Origin: an uncultured Spirochaetota bacterium
GTDB taxonomy: Bacteria; Spirochaetota; Brevinematia; Brevinematales; JAOACQ01
Reading direction: 5' to 3'
NCBI GenBank assembly: GCA_963835575.1
Contig: CAWIGG010000002.1
Span: 1,536,001-1,600,000, forward strand
DNA: 64,000 nucleotides
The position numbers and the translations under genes are program-made. The notes below the pieces were generated by a model, which worked only from the letters and a program-made list of their open reading frames with translations, made no database searches and was not told the origin of the DNA. This document shows positions 49,144 to 59,048 of this stretch, piece after piece; position 1 is the first letter of the stretch; each line of letters opens with the position of its first letter.

Positions 49144-51174
49144 ATGTATAAATCGGAGTTGAAAATGCGCCGTATTTTTAAAACAAAGCCTGTTTTGCTT
49201 ATTGCCTTGTTCCTTTCCTTCATTTGTTTATATACTCAAAGCCTCTTTGCCGGCATTACTCAAGTCGGTAAAACGTCCGGGGCCGTTAAAGGGCGGCTGG
49301 ACCTTAGGGATTGGGATTTTAATAAAAACGGAATTACCCGGCTGGACGGCGAGTGGGAGTTTTATTGGAATGAACTTCTGACTCCCGATGATTTCAGTAA
49401 AACAACAGAAACACCTCTCTTTTTCAAAATTCCCGGTATCTGGAATAATTATGAAATCAAAGGGAAAAAATTAGGGGGTGACGGATACGGCACTTTCCGC
49501 CTCAGGATTCTATTACCGGAAAAGCAGCCCGATCTCGCGCTCTATATCCAGAATTTCGCCACATCCTACCGGTTGTGGATTGATCTGAAGCCCTGCGCCT
49601 CAAACGGTATTGCGGCATCTTCGGAAAAAGAATCGGTCGCCCGGTACATCCCGCAGACCATTGACTTGACAGATGGAAAAAAACAGTTGACGCTGACGCT
49701 GCAGATCGCCAACTTTTATTCCGACAAAGGCGGCCCCTGGAACAGCATTTACATCGGACCAAGAGATGAAATCCTGCATTTGCGCGACGGTATCATTACG
49801 CTGGACAGCTTCATTTTAGGACTTCTGTTCATTATAGCCTTATACTATATCCGCATATACTTTTTCAGGAGAAAAGACCCCTCTTATCTTTATTTCGGAC
49901 TGGTCTGCCTTCTATTTTTTCTTTACATGTTTGTAAACGATCACAGCGAGTTCAGGGGGATTCTGCTTTCCAGGATTGACTGGAACTTTATCACAAAATC
50001 AGGATTTCTGATCATTTGCGCCATTATGCCCGCTTTTATTTCATTGATCCACTCTCTTTATCCTCTCGGAAAAAACCGGATCATTCCTTATTTTTTCAAT
50101 TGGGCGGGACTGCTCCTATGCCTTACAGTGATCATCCTGCCCGTAAAGATACTGGGTTTGATTTTGCCTTTTATTCACAGCCTGCTCATCCTGGCTCTAT
50201 TGTATATGATAATTTCCCTCATCTCCGCGGCATGGCATAAGCAAAGAGGCGCCTTGATTTATCTTGTCAGCATGATCTTTTTCACATTTTCAGCCTTTTT
50301 TGATATTGCCGTATCGGAGATGGTCATTCCTTCAATCCGTTATTCTACGGGAATCGGGCTTACAGTTTTCATTCTTTTTCAGTCTTACGTTCTGGCTTCC
50401 CGCTTTACCCGTTCGATCTCGGCCATTGAGACAGTTTCCGGCAAGCTTCATTTTGACCGCCTGGACCTGGATGCTTCCATCGACAGCCTGGCAAGGCAGC
50501 TGGAATTAAAGGCCAATGAACTCAGGGAAAGCGAGGAAAGGTACAGGGAAATGGCTTTCCTGCTGCCTACTATAATCATAGAAACAGACAGTATGTTCAG
50601 AATAACATTCTCTAATCAGGCCGGCTTGAAGACACTGGGTTTAGAAGAAGGAAAACTGTCTTCCGGGGAAAATCTGCTGAACGGCTTTGTTCATCCGGAT
50701 GACAGGAAAAGGTTTGCCGAATACTGTCAAAAGATCATAAAGGAAGAAAATATCAATTTCAGCGAAATACGCCTGATAAAAAAAGACGGCACAAAAACCA
50801 CTTTGCTGAGCAAAGCCGCGCCGATTTATAAAGACGGCTCCATAACCGGCATCCGCTTTAACGCAATCGATTTAAAACCGCTTCTTTCCTCTGTTATTCT
50901 TCCGGAAGAATCCTTTTTTAAAAACTACCGTTTCAGCGAAAGGGAGAAAGAGGTTTTGCTCCTCTTGATGCAGGGTTATAAAATAAAGGAAATAGCGGAG
51001 AAGCTTTTTATCGCGGAAGTGACGGTAAAGTGGCATTTAAGCGCCATCTATGCAAAATTAGGAGTAAAAAATAAAATCGAGTTTTTTGAGCTGCTGAAAA
51101 ATTACCAGCGCAAAAGCCTGGGCAGCGAATCCTTTATTTTTTCCATTCTCAGCAAGCTCATCAAGGAAGAGTGA
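49144..51174 (+). CDS. 7TM-DISM receptor fused to PAS and LuxR-type HTH (one-component membrane regulator)
   Basis: LDGEWEFYW..PGIWN..GYGTFRL extracellular domain, about 7 TM, SEERYR-PAS (VHPDDR), FSEREKEVL..IAEKLFIAEVTVKWHLSAIYAKLGV. Confidence 0.85.
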   Translation: MYKSELKMRRIFKTKPVLLIALFLSFICLYTQSLFAGITQVGKTSGAVKGRLDLRDWDFNKNGITRLDGEWEFYWNELLTPDDFSKTTETPLFFKIPGIWNNYEIKGKKLGGDGYGTFRLRILLPEKQPDLALYIQNFATSYRLWIDLKPCASNGIAASSEKESVARYIPQTIDLTDGKKQLTLTLQIANFYSDKGGPWNSIYIGPRDEILHLRDGIITLDSFILGLLFIIALYYIRIYFFRRKDPSYLYFGLVCLLFFLYMFVNDHSEFRGILLSRIDWNFITKSGFLIICAIMPAFISLIHSLYPLGKNRIIPYFFNWAGLLLCLTVIILPVKILGLILPFIHSLLILALLYMIISLISAAWHKQRGALIYLVSMIFFTFSAFFDIAVSEMVIPSIRYSTGIGLTVFILFQSYVLASRFTRSISAIETVSGKLHFDRLDLDASIDSLARQLELKANELRESEERYREMAFLLPTIIIETDSMFRITFSNQAGLKTLGLEEGKLSSGENLLNGFVHPDDRKRFAEYCQKIIKEENINFSEIRLIKKDGTKTTLLSKAAPIYKDGSITGIRFNAIDLKPLLSSVILPEESFFKNYRFSEREKEVLLLLMQGYKIKEIAEKLFIAEVTVKWHLSAIYAKLGVKNKIEFFELLKNYQRKSLGSESFIFSILSKLIKEE

Positions 51175-51194
51175 AATTTTCCCGCCAATAAATA

Positions 51195-51235
51195 CCCTAC
51201 CTCTGGTATAGTATAATCCCGCCCGCCGGTATAGT
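51195..51235 (+). promoter_or_regulatory. Tandem direct repeat upstream of the GH8 gene, candidate LuxR-type binding sites
   Basis: CCCTACCTCTGGTATAGT (51195-51212) and CCCGCCCGCCGGTATAGT (51218-51235), 23-bp period. Confidence 0.45.
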
Positions 51236-51297
51236 CTTATAAACCTTCTAAAAAGCTATAATGTTGCATCAACTTCGCAAAATATTAGGAGGTCTAT

Positions 51298-53652
51298 ATG
51301 ATCAAAAGCTTTTTCAGGCCGACACGGAAAATTTATTTTCTGCCGGCCGCATTTGCGCTTTTTACCCTTGTTCTTTCAGGATGCACTCTGGCCCCGGGAA
51401 ATAGCAGTCCAAAAAGCGGGAATAACGGAAATAACGGGACTTCAGAAATCACAAGCCCCGATTCATCCGCTCAAAAGAGCTTCATCCTGCCGGTTAACGA
51501 ACCGTACAAATACGGCATGCCGTATGCCCCGGCAAGTTTGAACAACACAAGTCTGCTCTCGGAATATAACGACTGGATAAACCATTACGTCATATGCCCT
51601 GACGGCTACAGGTCAAGGGTCCAGAGAGACGCTGCGACCGGTTACGACACCGTATCCGAAGGAATGGGCTACGGATTGCTCCTGTCTGTTTACTTTGGTG
51701 ATCACGATAATTTTTACCGTTTATACAGTTATGTATTAATGCATACCAACGGGCAGGGTTTGATGCACTGGAGGGTGGACCGGTACGGCAATAATATTGA
51801 CGAAATGGGTTACAACATCCCTTCTCCTCCGCCGCACCAGAATTTATATACAAACGGGACGCCTGTCGCAACAAATTCGGACGGCACGGTTGTTCAGAGT
51901 TCCATTCTTCAAAGTACGACAGCTCCGGCAGGGTACGGCCTCTATGAAAACTCCAGGGGCCTTACTTCCGCTTCCGACGCCGATGAGGATATTGCCCTGG
52001 CCCTCTGTATGGCCGCCAAAGTCTGGGGCACTTGGTGCAATTATAATTATCAGACGGAAGCCCTCAATTGGATCGGCAATATTATGAAATACGATATGCA
52101 CCCCGGCTGGCAGCATACCGACCCGGCATCCGATGGGACCGTATTTCTCGGCGCCGGGGATTATGATAACGGCGGAAGCGCCAACGGCACATGGGGCGGC
52201 TATAAATATGAAGCCAACAACGGAAAGAAAGCCGGCTGGGATCCATCTTATTATATGCCTGCCTGGTATCCCATATTCAAACAGCTCACCGGCGACCCGC
52301 TGTGGGACCAATTAACGAATACTATGTGGCAGCAGTGCGCCATAGTCGGCGCCGCAAATAGCGGGACCGGTCTTTTTCCGGACTGGTGCGACACTTCCTC
52401 GGGCACCTGCCAGCAAACTGTATGGTGCAGCGACCGGGGCCCTCAGAGTTATAATTTCTATTATGACGCCGTCCGTGTTCCGTGGAGAATGGCCGTGGCC
52501 GCGAGTTGGTTTAACGACCAGAAGGCCCTTGCCATAGCCGGCCAGAATGCGGTGTTTTTCAAGCAGAAAATGGGGACTACGTTTAATGCCAATAATATTT
52601 TAGACGGTTATTCTATTACCGGCGGAGCCTGGCAGCTCTCAAAAGCCGATCCCGGCAGCGCAGCTAATGGCGGGCAAAACCCTAACCCGCCGGTGTTTGT
52701 ATCCATGATCGCTCCCGCCGAATTGCCGTGCATGGACGTAAGCTACGCGAACGCGTTTTATATTGCCGTCACTAACTGCAAGATCCCTTACACGGCTCAA
52801 TATAATTATTTCGGAAATACCCTGCGTCTTCTCTCGCTATTGTATCTCTCCGGCAATTTTGTCAACCTATATGAGCAAAACCCTTATACTGCAAAGCCGA
52901 CACACCCGGTTCCCGGGACCATTTACGCCGATGATAATTATACCATAAACGGAGTCAACTACCTGGCAACCAATATCGGCGGAGTCGATTATATAAAAGC
53001 CGGGTGTACTGCGGTATTCCTGGTCAGCAATACAGAAGCCGCCCCATATTCAATGTTCACAATAACTCCAAGCATCATGCTGGATCCTAAAATGCCTCCC
53101 GGAACCTATGCAAGCCCCTACTATCCATATTATTATTGCTATGTTGACGGAGTACTGGCATCAACTTCAACTATTCAGCTTACTCCCGGGGTGCATACAA
53201 TCACATTCGAGTGTCATGCCTATGTTTATTTAAAATCTATAAACTTTACTTATCTGAAGGATTCCCCATACAAGACAATTCCCGGAACTATAGATCTGAA
53301 CAATTACATAATGTGCTTTAGCGCCGGACTCTCTGCAAATAACCCGAATTGTCCATCACTTCCTTTGGTTGTTTCAATGGGAGCTCCTTATTCCGGTACA
53401 CCGTATGTGGAATATGATGTCAACGCGCCCTCTGCCGGAACTTATACCATAAGCATACCGGTTTACAACAATTATTTTGCCAACAACAATATCTCCATTA
53501 CTTCCGGAAGCAACCTGCTGGGTAAAATAGGGCCTATTCCCAATTCGTCATCCGTTCAAACTTTTAGCACAACTATAACTCTAAGCGCGGGTGTTCAGCC
53601 TCTCCGTTTCAGCTCCGCATATGATTGCATTGGACCTATAACAATTAATTGA
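51298..53652 (+). CDS. Glycoside hydrolase family 8 lipoprotein with C-terminal CBM-like modules
   Basis: Lipobox LVLSGC; TVSEGMGYG, SASDADEDIALAL, YYDAVRVPWR; two PGTI-initiated beta-sandwich-like modules; AGGAGG RBS. Confidence 0.88.
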   Translation: MIKSFFRPTRKIYFLPAAFALFTLVLSGCTLAPGNSSPKSGNNGNNGTSEITSPDSSAQKSFILPVNEPYKYGMPYAPASLNNTSLLSEYNDWINHYVICPDGYRSRVQRDAATGYDTVSEGMGYGLLLSVYFGDHDNFYRLYSYVLMHTNGQGLMHWRVDRYGNNIDEMGYNIPSPPPHQNLYTNGTPVATNSDGTVVQSSILQSTTAPAGYGLYENSRGLTSASDADEDIALALCMAAKVWGTWCNYNYQTEALNWIGNIMKYDMHPGWQHTDPASDGTVFLGAGDYDNGGSANGTWGGYKYEANNGKKAGWDPSYYMPAWYPIFKQLTGDPLWDQLTNTMWQQCAIVGAANSGTGLFPDWCDTSSGTCQQTVWCSDRGPQSYNFYYDAVRVPWRMAVAASWFNDQKALAIAGQNAVFFKQKMGTTFNANNILDGYSITGGAWQLSKADPGSAANGGQNPNPPVFVSMIAPAELPCMDVSYANAFYIAVTNCKIPYTAQYNYFGNTLRLLSLLYLSGNFVNLYEQNPYTAKPTHPVPGTIYADDNYTINGVNYLATNIGGVDYIKAGCTAVFLVSNTEAAPYSMFTITPSIMLDPKMPPGTYASPYYPYYYCYVDGVLASTSTIQLTPGVHTITFECHAYVYLKSINFTYLKDSPYKTIPGTIDLNNYIMCFSAGLSANNPNCPSLPLVVSMGAPYSGTPYVEYDVNAPSAGTYTISIPVYNNYFANNNISITSGSNLLGKIGPIPNSSSVQTFSTTITLSAGVQPLRFSSAYDCIGPITIN

Positions 53653-53666
53653 AAAGGCAATTCATA

Positions 53667-53698
53667 CGCAGGCCGGGGAAACCCGGCCTGCGCTTTTT
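53667..53698 (+). terminator. Intrinsic terminator of the GH8 gene
   Basis: CGCAGGCCGGG-GAAA-CCCGGCCTGCG followed by a T-run. Confidence 0.85.
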
Positions 53699-53749
53699 AT
53701 GAATTAATACCAATGATATTAAATATCCGTTTTTATCATCATTATTTAA

Positions 53750-53953
53750 GGGCAGTTCCAAATACTTAAAATAAATCAGATATTTCCAACATAGGTTTTG
53801 GAACTGCCCCGGTTATAGGATCTCTTGCAAATTTAATTGGCGCTACCGTATAGAGTTCGCTGGTTGATGATCTTTTCAGACAGCGAACTCGGGCGGTAGC
53901 ATGAACTCATATAATAGCGGCAGTTCTAAATATTTGAGTTTTTAGAACTGTCC
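53750..53953 (-). mobile_element. 204-bp MITE (family A) copy 3, inverted
   Basis: Reverse complement of copies 1/2/4 with a few substitutions; TSD TTAA. Confidence 0.9.
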
Positions 53954-54077
53954 TTAAGATGGTTTTAATTCGATTCTTTTCTGCCGTAATTTTAATCTGC
54001 TAAAGCTCTTGCGGACCAATGGGCCGGAACACTATTGTATTTTGTATTACAAGCATAAAATAAAAAAGGAGAATTTT

Positions 54078-55058
54078 ATGAAAAAGAACTGGATTGTTTC
54101 CGGAATACTGATCACTTTAAATGTTTTGATCGCGTCTTGTTCTGCATCACCAGGTTCATATGGAGGAGGGTCCTCCGGTTCATTTTCATCAGATTATGTT
54201 TCCGCTATGATACTTGTTCCCGCCGGAACTTTTCAGTATGACGGTACGCCAGGCGATACCAATAGGATATCATCGTCCTTCCATATCAGCGAATACGACA
54301 TCACCCGCGCTGAATTTTCTAATGTGATGGGGTTTGATCCCAGCGATACCAATTTTTCTACTGGAAAAGATGATCCGGTTCAGATGGTTAACTGGTATCA
54401 GGCCCTTGTATTCTGCAACAAACTGAGTATGTATGAAGGCCTGGCACCTGTGTACACCATCGGCGGCAGTACTGATCCAGCCGTATGGGGAGTTGTTCCA
54501 ACAAGCGACAATGCGGTCTGGGATGCGGTTACCGCAAACTGGTCCGCCGGCGGCTATCGCCTGCCGACAGATATGGAATGGATGTGGGCGGCTATGGGCG
54601 CCGATACGGCGAATCCAGGACAGATTAACACCACAGGCTGCCTCAAGATCTTTGCGGGCAGCACAGGGTCTAATAACGTTGATAACTATGCCTGGACTAC
54701 TGATAACAGCAGCAATACAACCCATCCTGTAGGATCAAAACTGCCTAACGAGCTTGGCCTGTACGACATGAGCGGAAACGTGTGGCAGTGGTGCTGGGAC
54801 TGGTATGCATCGTATCCCGGCGGAGCGTTGACTGACTATAAAGGAGCGGCTTCGAGCGCACTCCGCGTCCTTCATGGCAGCTGTTTGGCCGGCCCTGCGT
54901 CCGACGCTGCGATTGTGAAGCGCGGCAACGTCCAGCCGTCTTTCCAGAACCTGATTGCCGGTTTTCGGGTCGTTCGTCATGAGTTCTGCGGCATGCTCAA
55001 AACCGGCCTGCTTCCCGCGGCACAAGCCGCGAATAATCAAACCGGCACACGACCGTAA
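54078..55058 (+). CDS. FGE-sulfatase/SUMF1 (CLec-fold) lipoprotein
   Basis: AAGGAG RBS, lipobox LIASC; PVQMVNWY, YRLPTDMEW, PNELGLYDMSGNVWQWCWD, GFRVVR. Confidence 0.88.
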   Translation: MKKNWIVSGILITLNVLIASCSASPGSYGGGSSGSFSSDYVSAMILVPAGTFQYDGTPGDTNRISSSFHISEYDITRAEFSNVMGFDPSDTNFSTGKDDPVQMVNWYQALVFCNKLSMYEGLAPVYTIGGSTDPAVWGVVPTSDNAVWDAVTANWSAGGYRLPTDMEWMWAAMGADTANPGQINTTGCLKIFAGSTGSNNVDNYAWTTDNSSNTTHPVGSKLPNELGLYDMSGNVWQWCWDWYASYPGGALTDYKGAASSALRVLHGSCLAGPASDAAIVKRGNVQPSFQNLIAGFRVVRHEFCGMLKTGLLPAAQAANNQTGTRP

Positions 55059-55098
55059 CTATTAGAAGAGTTAAGAAGACAAATAAGAGGCATTATTT

Positions 55099-57426
55099 AT
55101 GAATATACCAAAACTTATTTTTCGTTTATTACTGGGGCGCCGTCTTCCGATCACGGCCGGGACACTGGAAGTTCCCGGCATCAAGGCGCCGGTGTCGATC
55201 CGGCGAGACCGGTACGGCATAGCCTACATTGAAGCGCAAAACGACCGGGATGCCTGGTACGGCCTCGGGTTCTGCCATGGTCAGGACCGCGCCTTTCAAC
55301 TGGAAGGCCTGATCCGGATCGTCCATGGCACCATGTCGGAATTAGCAGGGCCTGACACGCTGCCCATAGACCGCCTTTCAAGGCGGATCGGCTTCGCTCA
55401 TTCCGCGCGTCAGCAATGGGAAATACTGGATAACGAAATCCGGGTGATGCTAAATGCTTACGCGCAGGGTGTAAACAGCGGCAGCAGGGCAGGATGTTCT
55501 AAAACCGCGCATGAATTTTCCCTGCTGGGAATAAAACCTGCTCCTTACAGCGGCGCCGATGTTCTGGGAGTGCTCAAGCTCATGTCGTTCAATCTTGCGT
55601 CCAACTGGGATATAGAACTTGCCCGCTTAAAAGTCCTTATAGAGGACGGTCCCTATGCTTTGAAAGCGATTGACCCGGTATATCCTGAACGGCAGGCTGT
55701 CGCTTTTCCTCAAAAAGTTCCCGCCGGTAAAGCTATGGACAGGCTCGCTGAAGATCTGGCAATATTTACAGCCGCGGCCGGCTACGGAGGAGGTTCTAAT
55801 AATTGGGTCATCGCCCCTTCCCGGACAGTCACAGGACGCCCCATCTTAGCCAATGATCCTCATCTCTCTCCTTCTCTTCCTTCAAATTGGTATCTGGTTA
55901 ATATACAAACGCCGGAGTGGAAATTGGCAGGGGCATCCTTCGTCGGCGCTCCATGCATTCCTTCGGGTTTCAACGGTACCGGCGCATGGGGAATGACATC
56001 CGGCCTGGTGGACAATACCGATCTTTTCATAGAAGAAATCGGTCCCGACGGTCAAAGCGTCCGGCAAGGCGATCAATTTGTTCCCTGTGATATAAGGAAG
56101 GAAATCATCCATATCAAGGGTAAAAAACCTATCGAGGAAAAGGTTCTTGTGACTCCCCGGGGGCCCATTATCAGCCCGGCCCTTGAGGGGGATTTCGGCG
56201 CGATATCAATGCGGGCCGTGTGGCTGGACGCGCGGCCGTTAAAAGGTTTTTTTCAAATGCATCGCGTCCGTTCCTTTGAGGAATTCAGGCAGGCTTTTAA
56301 AGAATGGCCGGCGGCTTCTTTTAATATGGTTTATGCGGATACCTCCGGCGCGATCGGATGGCAATTGGTGGGGGAAGCGCCTCAGCGGAAAAAAGGATAC
56401 GGCACTATTCCCCTGCCAGGAAGCGATCCGGATGTTGGATGGAAGAATGAAACCGTTCCTTTTGAATTAATGCCGTACTTATACAACCCGGAAGCAGGGT
56501 TTATCGCGACAGCCAATAATAAACCGGCTCTTACAAAAGAAAAGCCTTTCCTGGGTGTTGACTGGGTGGACAGCTACCGGGCAGACCGCATTAAGGAGGT
56601 AATTAAAACCCGGAAAAACTGGGATCAATCCGGAACACAGGAGCTTCAAATGGACCAGGAGTCCATACCCTGGCGTGAGCTAAGGGATATAGTTTTGGCT
56701 GTAAACGCAGATACTGATGAGGCGCGTCAGGCCCTCGATTTTTTAAAAGCCTGGAATGGCATGGTAGCAGCGGATTCGCCGGCCGCCGCCGTTTACGAAT
56801 TATTTACTTCCGACATGATGCGGCGTATAGTTGAAGCTAAAGCTCCCCGCACTGCCGGATGGGCTCTCGGCAAAGGCTTCACCCTTTTATCACCGCATTC
56901 CGTGCTGGCCATACGGCGCTTCGGTCACATGGTGCGGCTCATCCGGAATCAGCCGGAAGGCTGGTTTAAGATATCCTGGGCGAAGGAAATGGCTGATGCC
57001 CTGGGAACCGCGGTAAAAACGCTCCGAAAGCGGTGTGGAAATAATACAAATAATTGGGCCTGGGGCAGTGTCCGTCCGCTGACCATACCCCATCCATTCG
57101 GCGGAAAAGCCCCGCTCGATAAAATTTTCAATCTGGGACCATTTGCCTGGGGAGGCGACACGTCGACAGTCGGACAGGCGGCGGTCGACCTGCTTGATCC
57201 GGCAGCCAACACCATCTTTATGGCATCGCTCAGGATGGTACTGGATGTCGGGAATTGGGATGAAAACCGCTTTTCCATACCGGGCGGACAATCCGGGAAC
57301 CCGCTTTCTATACACTACAGTGATCTTCTTCCTTTCTGGCAAAAAGGCGAAGGCGTGCACATTGCATGGTCAAAAGAAAAGATTGAACAGGAGGCGCAAT
57401 CTAAGCTAAAACTAATAAACAAATAG
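55099..57426 (+). CDS. Penicillin acylase family Ntn-hydrolase
   Basis: RDRYGIAYI, QDRAFQ, GGSNNW (catalytic Ser), LANDPHL, GQSGNP..HY.D. Confidence 0.92.
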   Translation: MNIPKLIFRLLLGRRLPITAGTLEVPGIKAPVSIRRDRYGIAYIEAQNDRDAWYGLGFCHGQDRAFQLEGLIRIVHGTMSELAGPDTLPIDRLSRRIGFAHSARQQWEILDNEIRVMLNAYAQGVNSGSRAGCSKTAHEFSLLGIKPAPYSGADVLGVLKLMSFNLASNWDIELARLKVLIEDGPYALKAIDPVYPERQAVAFPQKVPAGKAMDRLAEDLAIFTAAAGYGGGSNNWVIAPSRTVTGRPILANDPHLSPSLPSNWYLVNIQTPEWKLAGASFVGAPCIPSGFNGTGAWGMTSGLVDNTDLFIEEIGPDGQSVRQGDQFVPCDIRKEIIHIKGKKPIEEKVLVTPRGPIISPALEGDFGAISMRAVWLDARPLKGFFQMHRVRSFEEFRQAFKEWPAASFNMVYADTSGAIGWQLVGEAPQRKKGYGTIPLPGSDPDVGWKNETVPFELMPYLYNPEAGFIATANNKPALTKEKPFLGVDWVDSYRADRIKEVIKTRKNWDQSGTQELQMDQESIPWRELRDIVLAVNADTDEARQALDFLKAWNGMVAADSPAAAVYELFTSDMMRRIVEAKAPRTAGWALGKGFTLLSPHSVLAIRRFGHMVRLIRNQPEGWFKISWAKEMADALGTAVKTLRKRCGNNTNNWAWGSVRPLTIPHPFGGKAPLDKIFNLGPFAWGGDTSTVGQAAVDLLDPAANTIFMASLRMVLDVGNWDENRFSIPGGQSGNPLSIHYSDLLPFWQKGEGVHIAWSKEKIEQEAQSKLKLINK

Positions 57427-57568
57427 GTGGGCATAATAATTAATTTTTGATTCTTGTTGATATTTCCATTTCTTCATTTTAATTATCTAATTCATAAATA
57501 TAAGTAATTCCTGCCGATGTTAATTTCTTTGTCAAAGAAAAGCAAAATATTCTAAAATTATAGATTAT

Positions 57569-57772
57569 GGGCAGTTCTAAAAACTCAAATATTTAGAACT
57601 GCCGCTATTATATGAGTTCATGCTACCGCCCGAGTTCGCTGTCTGAAAAGATCATCAACCAGCGAACTCTATACGGTAGCGGCAATTAAATTTACAAGAG
57701 ATTCTACAACCGGGGCAGTTCCAAAACCTATGTTGGAAATATCTGATTTATTTTAAGTATTTGGAACTGCCC
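57569..57772 (+). mobile_element. 204-bp MITE (family A) copy 4
   Basis: Near-identical to the other copies; TSD TTAT. Confidence 0.9.
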
Positions 57773-57805
57773 TTATTATTAATTATTTATGATAGATCAG
57801 CCTTT

Positions 57806-58795
57806 TTATTGATAAAAGACCTTGAGCGCTTCAAACCGCGATCTGACCAATCCGTTTAGAAAGGGTTCGTAAGTAAAAACCGTTTTGCCGTCCTTCATGA
57901 CAATGATGCGGTAAGGCTGTTTTAATACCTGGGTTAGATGATAGAAAAGCTCTGTTTCGGCAAGATCCTCAATCCAGTATCTGCTTCCATATAATGAGAC
58001 AAACGGCGTTCCGGACAATTCCTGATAGAGTTCAGGCGCATTGGACATTTTGATTTTCGGACCACCATGAAAGCCGTAAAACGTGATCATTTTTCTCATT
58101 GTAAAATCATAAGCCGGTATGGGGAGATTATTGCTCAGCCAGATGTTCACTATAAACGGTGTTTCCCGCGGTTTTTCTTTTCTGATCTTGAATATGATAT
58201 CTTCAACAAAAGGACAGATGTTTTCGACATAATCCGCGCAATGCGTCGATTCATGGAGCAGAATCCCGAACATACCGCTGTATTCTTTTCCGGCATCGAT
58301 CTGCAGGCTCCAATTGCTGCCGGCAGTCAGAAAGCATGTGTTTTCCTTATATGTCAGCCACTGGCTCAGGCTCATTTTCAGAACAAACGGATTAAAATAG
58401 AGGGTGCAGTATACATTATTTTTATCATCCATAAGCCAGTCAGCCATTCCGCTCCCCAGTAAATTGCTGACAAAATAGATGCCGGCAACCTTTTCCATTA
58501 TGATCTTCTTATTGAGCGGTGGAAGCTCTAAAAAAGCGTTTTGAATAAGCTCAAGCTCTTTTTCTTCAGGATAATAAGGTAGGTAGCTCCTGTTGCTGGC
58601 CAGGGCTTTAAGATATTTCAACACAAAACCCGGCGCCTTTTTGATCCTTGAAATAAAAGGAGCGCCGCTGTCGAAAGAATAACTCGAAAGACGCCTGATG
58701 GAGCTGTTCTTTACCTCATCAATTGAATTGGTCCCCATCAGCGGGCAATACAGAAATATGAAAATGGGGATTAAAAAAAGTTTTTTTAATACCAT
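57806..58795 (-). CDS. Exported hypothetical protein, possible zinc metallopeptidase-like
   Basis: Signal-like N-terminus; HESTH (HExxH) and downstream EDLAE. Confidence 0.55.
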   Translation of the reverse strand: MVLKKLFLIPIFIFLYCPLMGTNSIDEVKNSSIRRLSSYSFDSGAPFISRIKKAPGFVLKYLKALASNRSYLPYYPEEKELELIQNAFLELPPLNKKIIMEKVAGIYFVSNLLGSGMADWLMDDKNNVYCTLYFNPFVLKMSLSQWLTYKENTCFLTAGSNWSLQIDAGKEYSGMFGILLHESTHCADYVENICPFVEDIIFKIRKEKPRETPFIVNIWLSNNLPIPAYDFTMRKMITFYGFHGGPKIKMSNAPELYQELSGTPFVSLYGSRYWIEDLAETELFYHLTQVLKQPYRIIVMKDGKTVFTYEPFLNGLVRSRFEALKVFYQ

Positions 58796-58957
58796 CGTTT
58801 ATCAACATCCAAATATATAATGTTTTTATTATATCATATCCATACTATGCATGAAAGTTTTATCGAATTTTTATAGTGAATTTTATAATGTCAATAAATA
58901 ACCTCTTTTCAGGCAATCAATTGTTTCTTTAATTGCCGAATAGTTTGAAATAAATCT

Positions 58958-58984
58958 TAATTTTGCATACAATAATATCGATAA
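58958..58984 (+). promoter_or_regulatory. Sigma28 (FliA)-like promoter of MCP1
   Basis: TAAT-N15-ATCGATAA, against consensus TAAA-N15-GCCGATAA. Confidence 0.55.
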
Positions 58985-59048
58985 ATAGATAATACATACA
59001 TTGAATTGCTTATAGGCGCTCTGTATTTCAGCTTTTGGAGGACAGCAA

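Noticed and set aside
11350..57772. Family A or B repeats as a CRISPR array
   Set aside because: Dispersed, with no repeat-spacer periodicity and no cas genes
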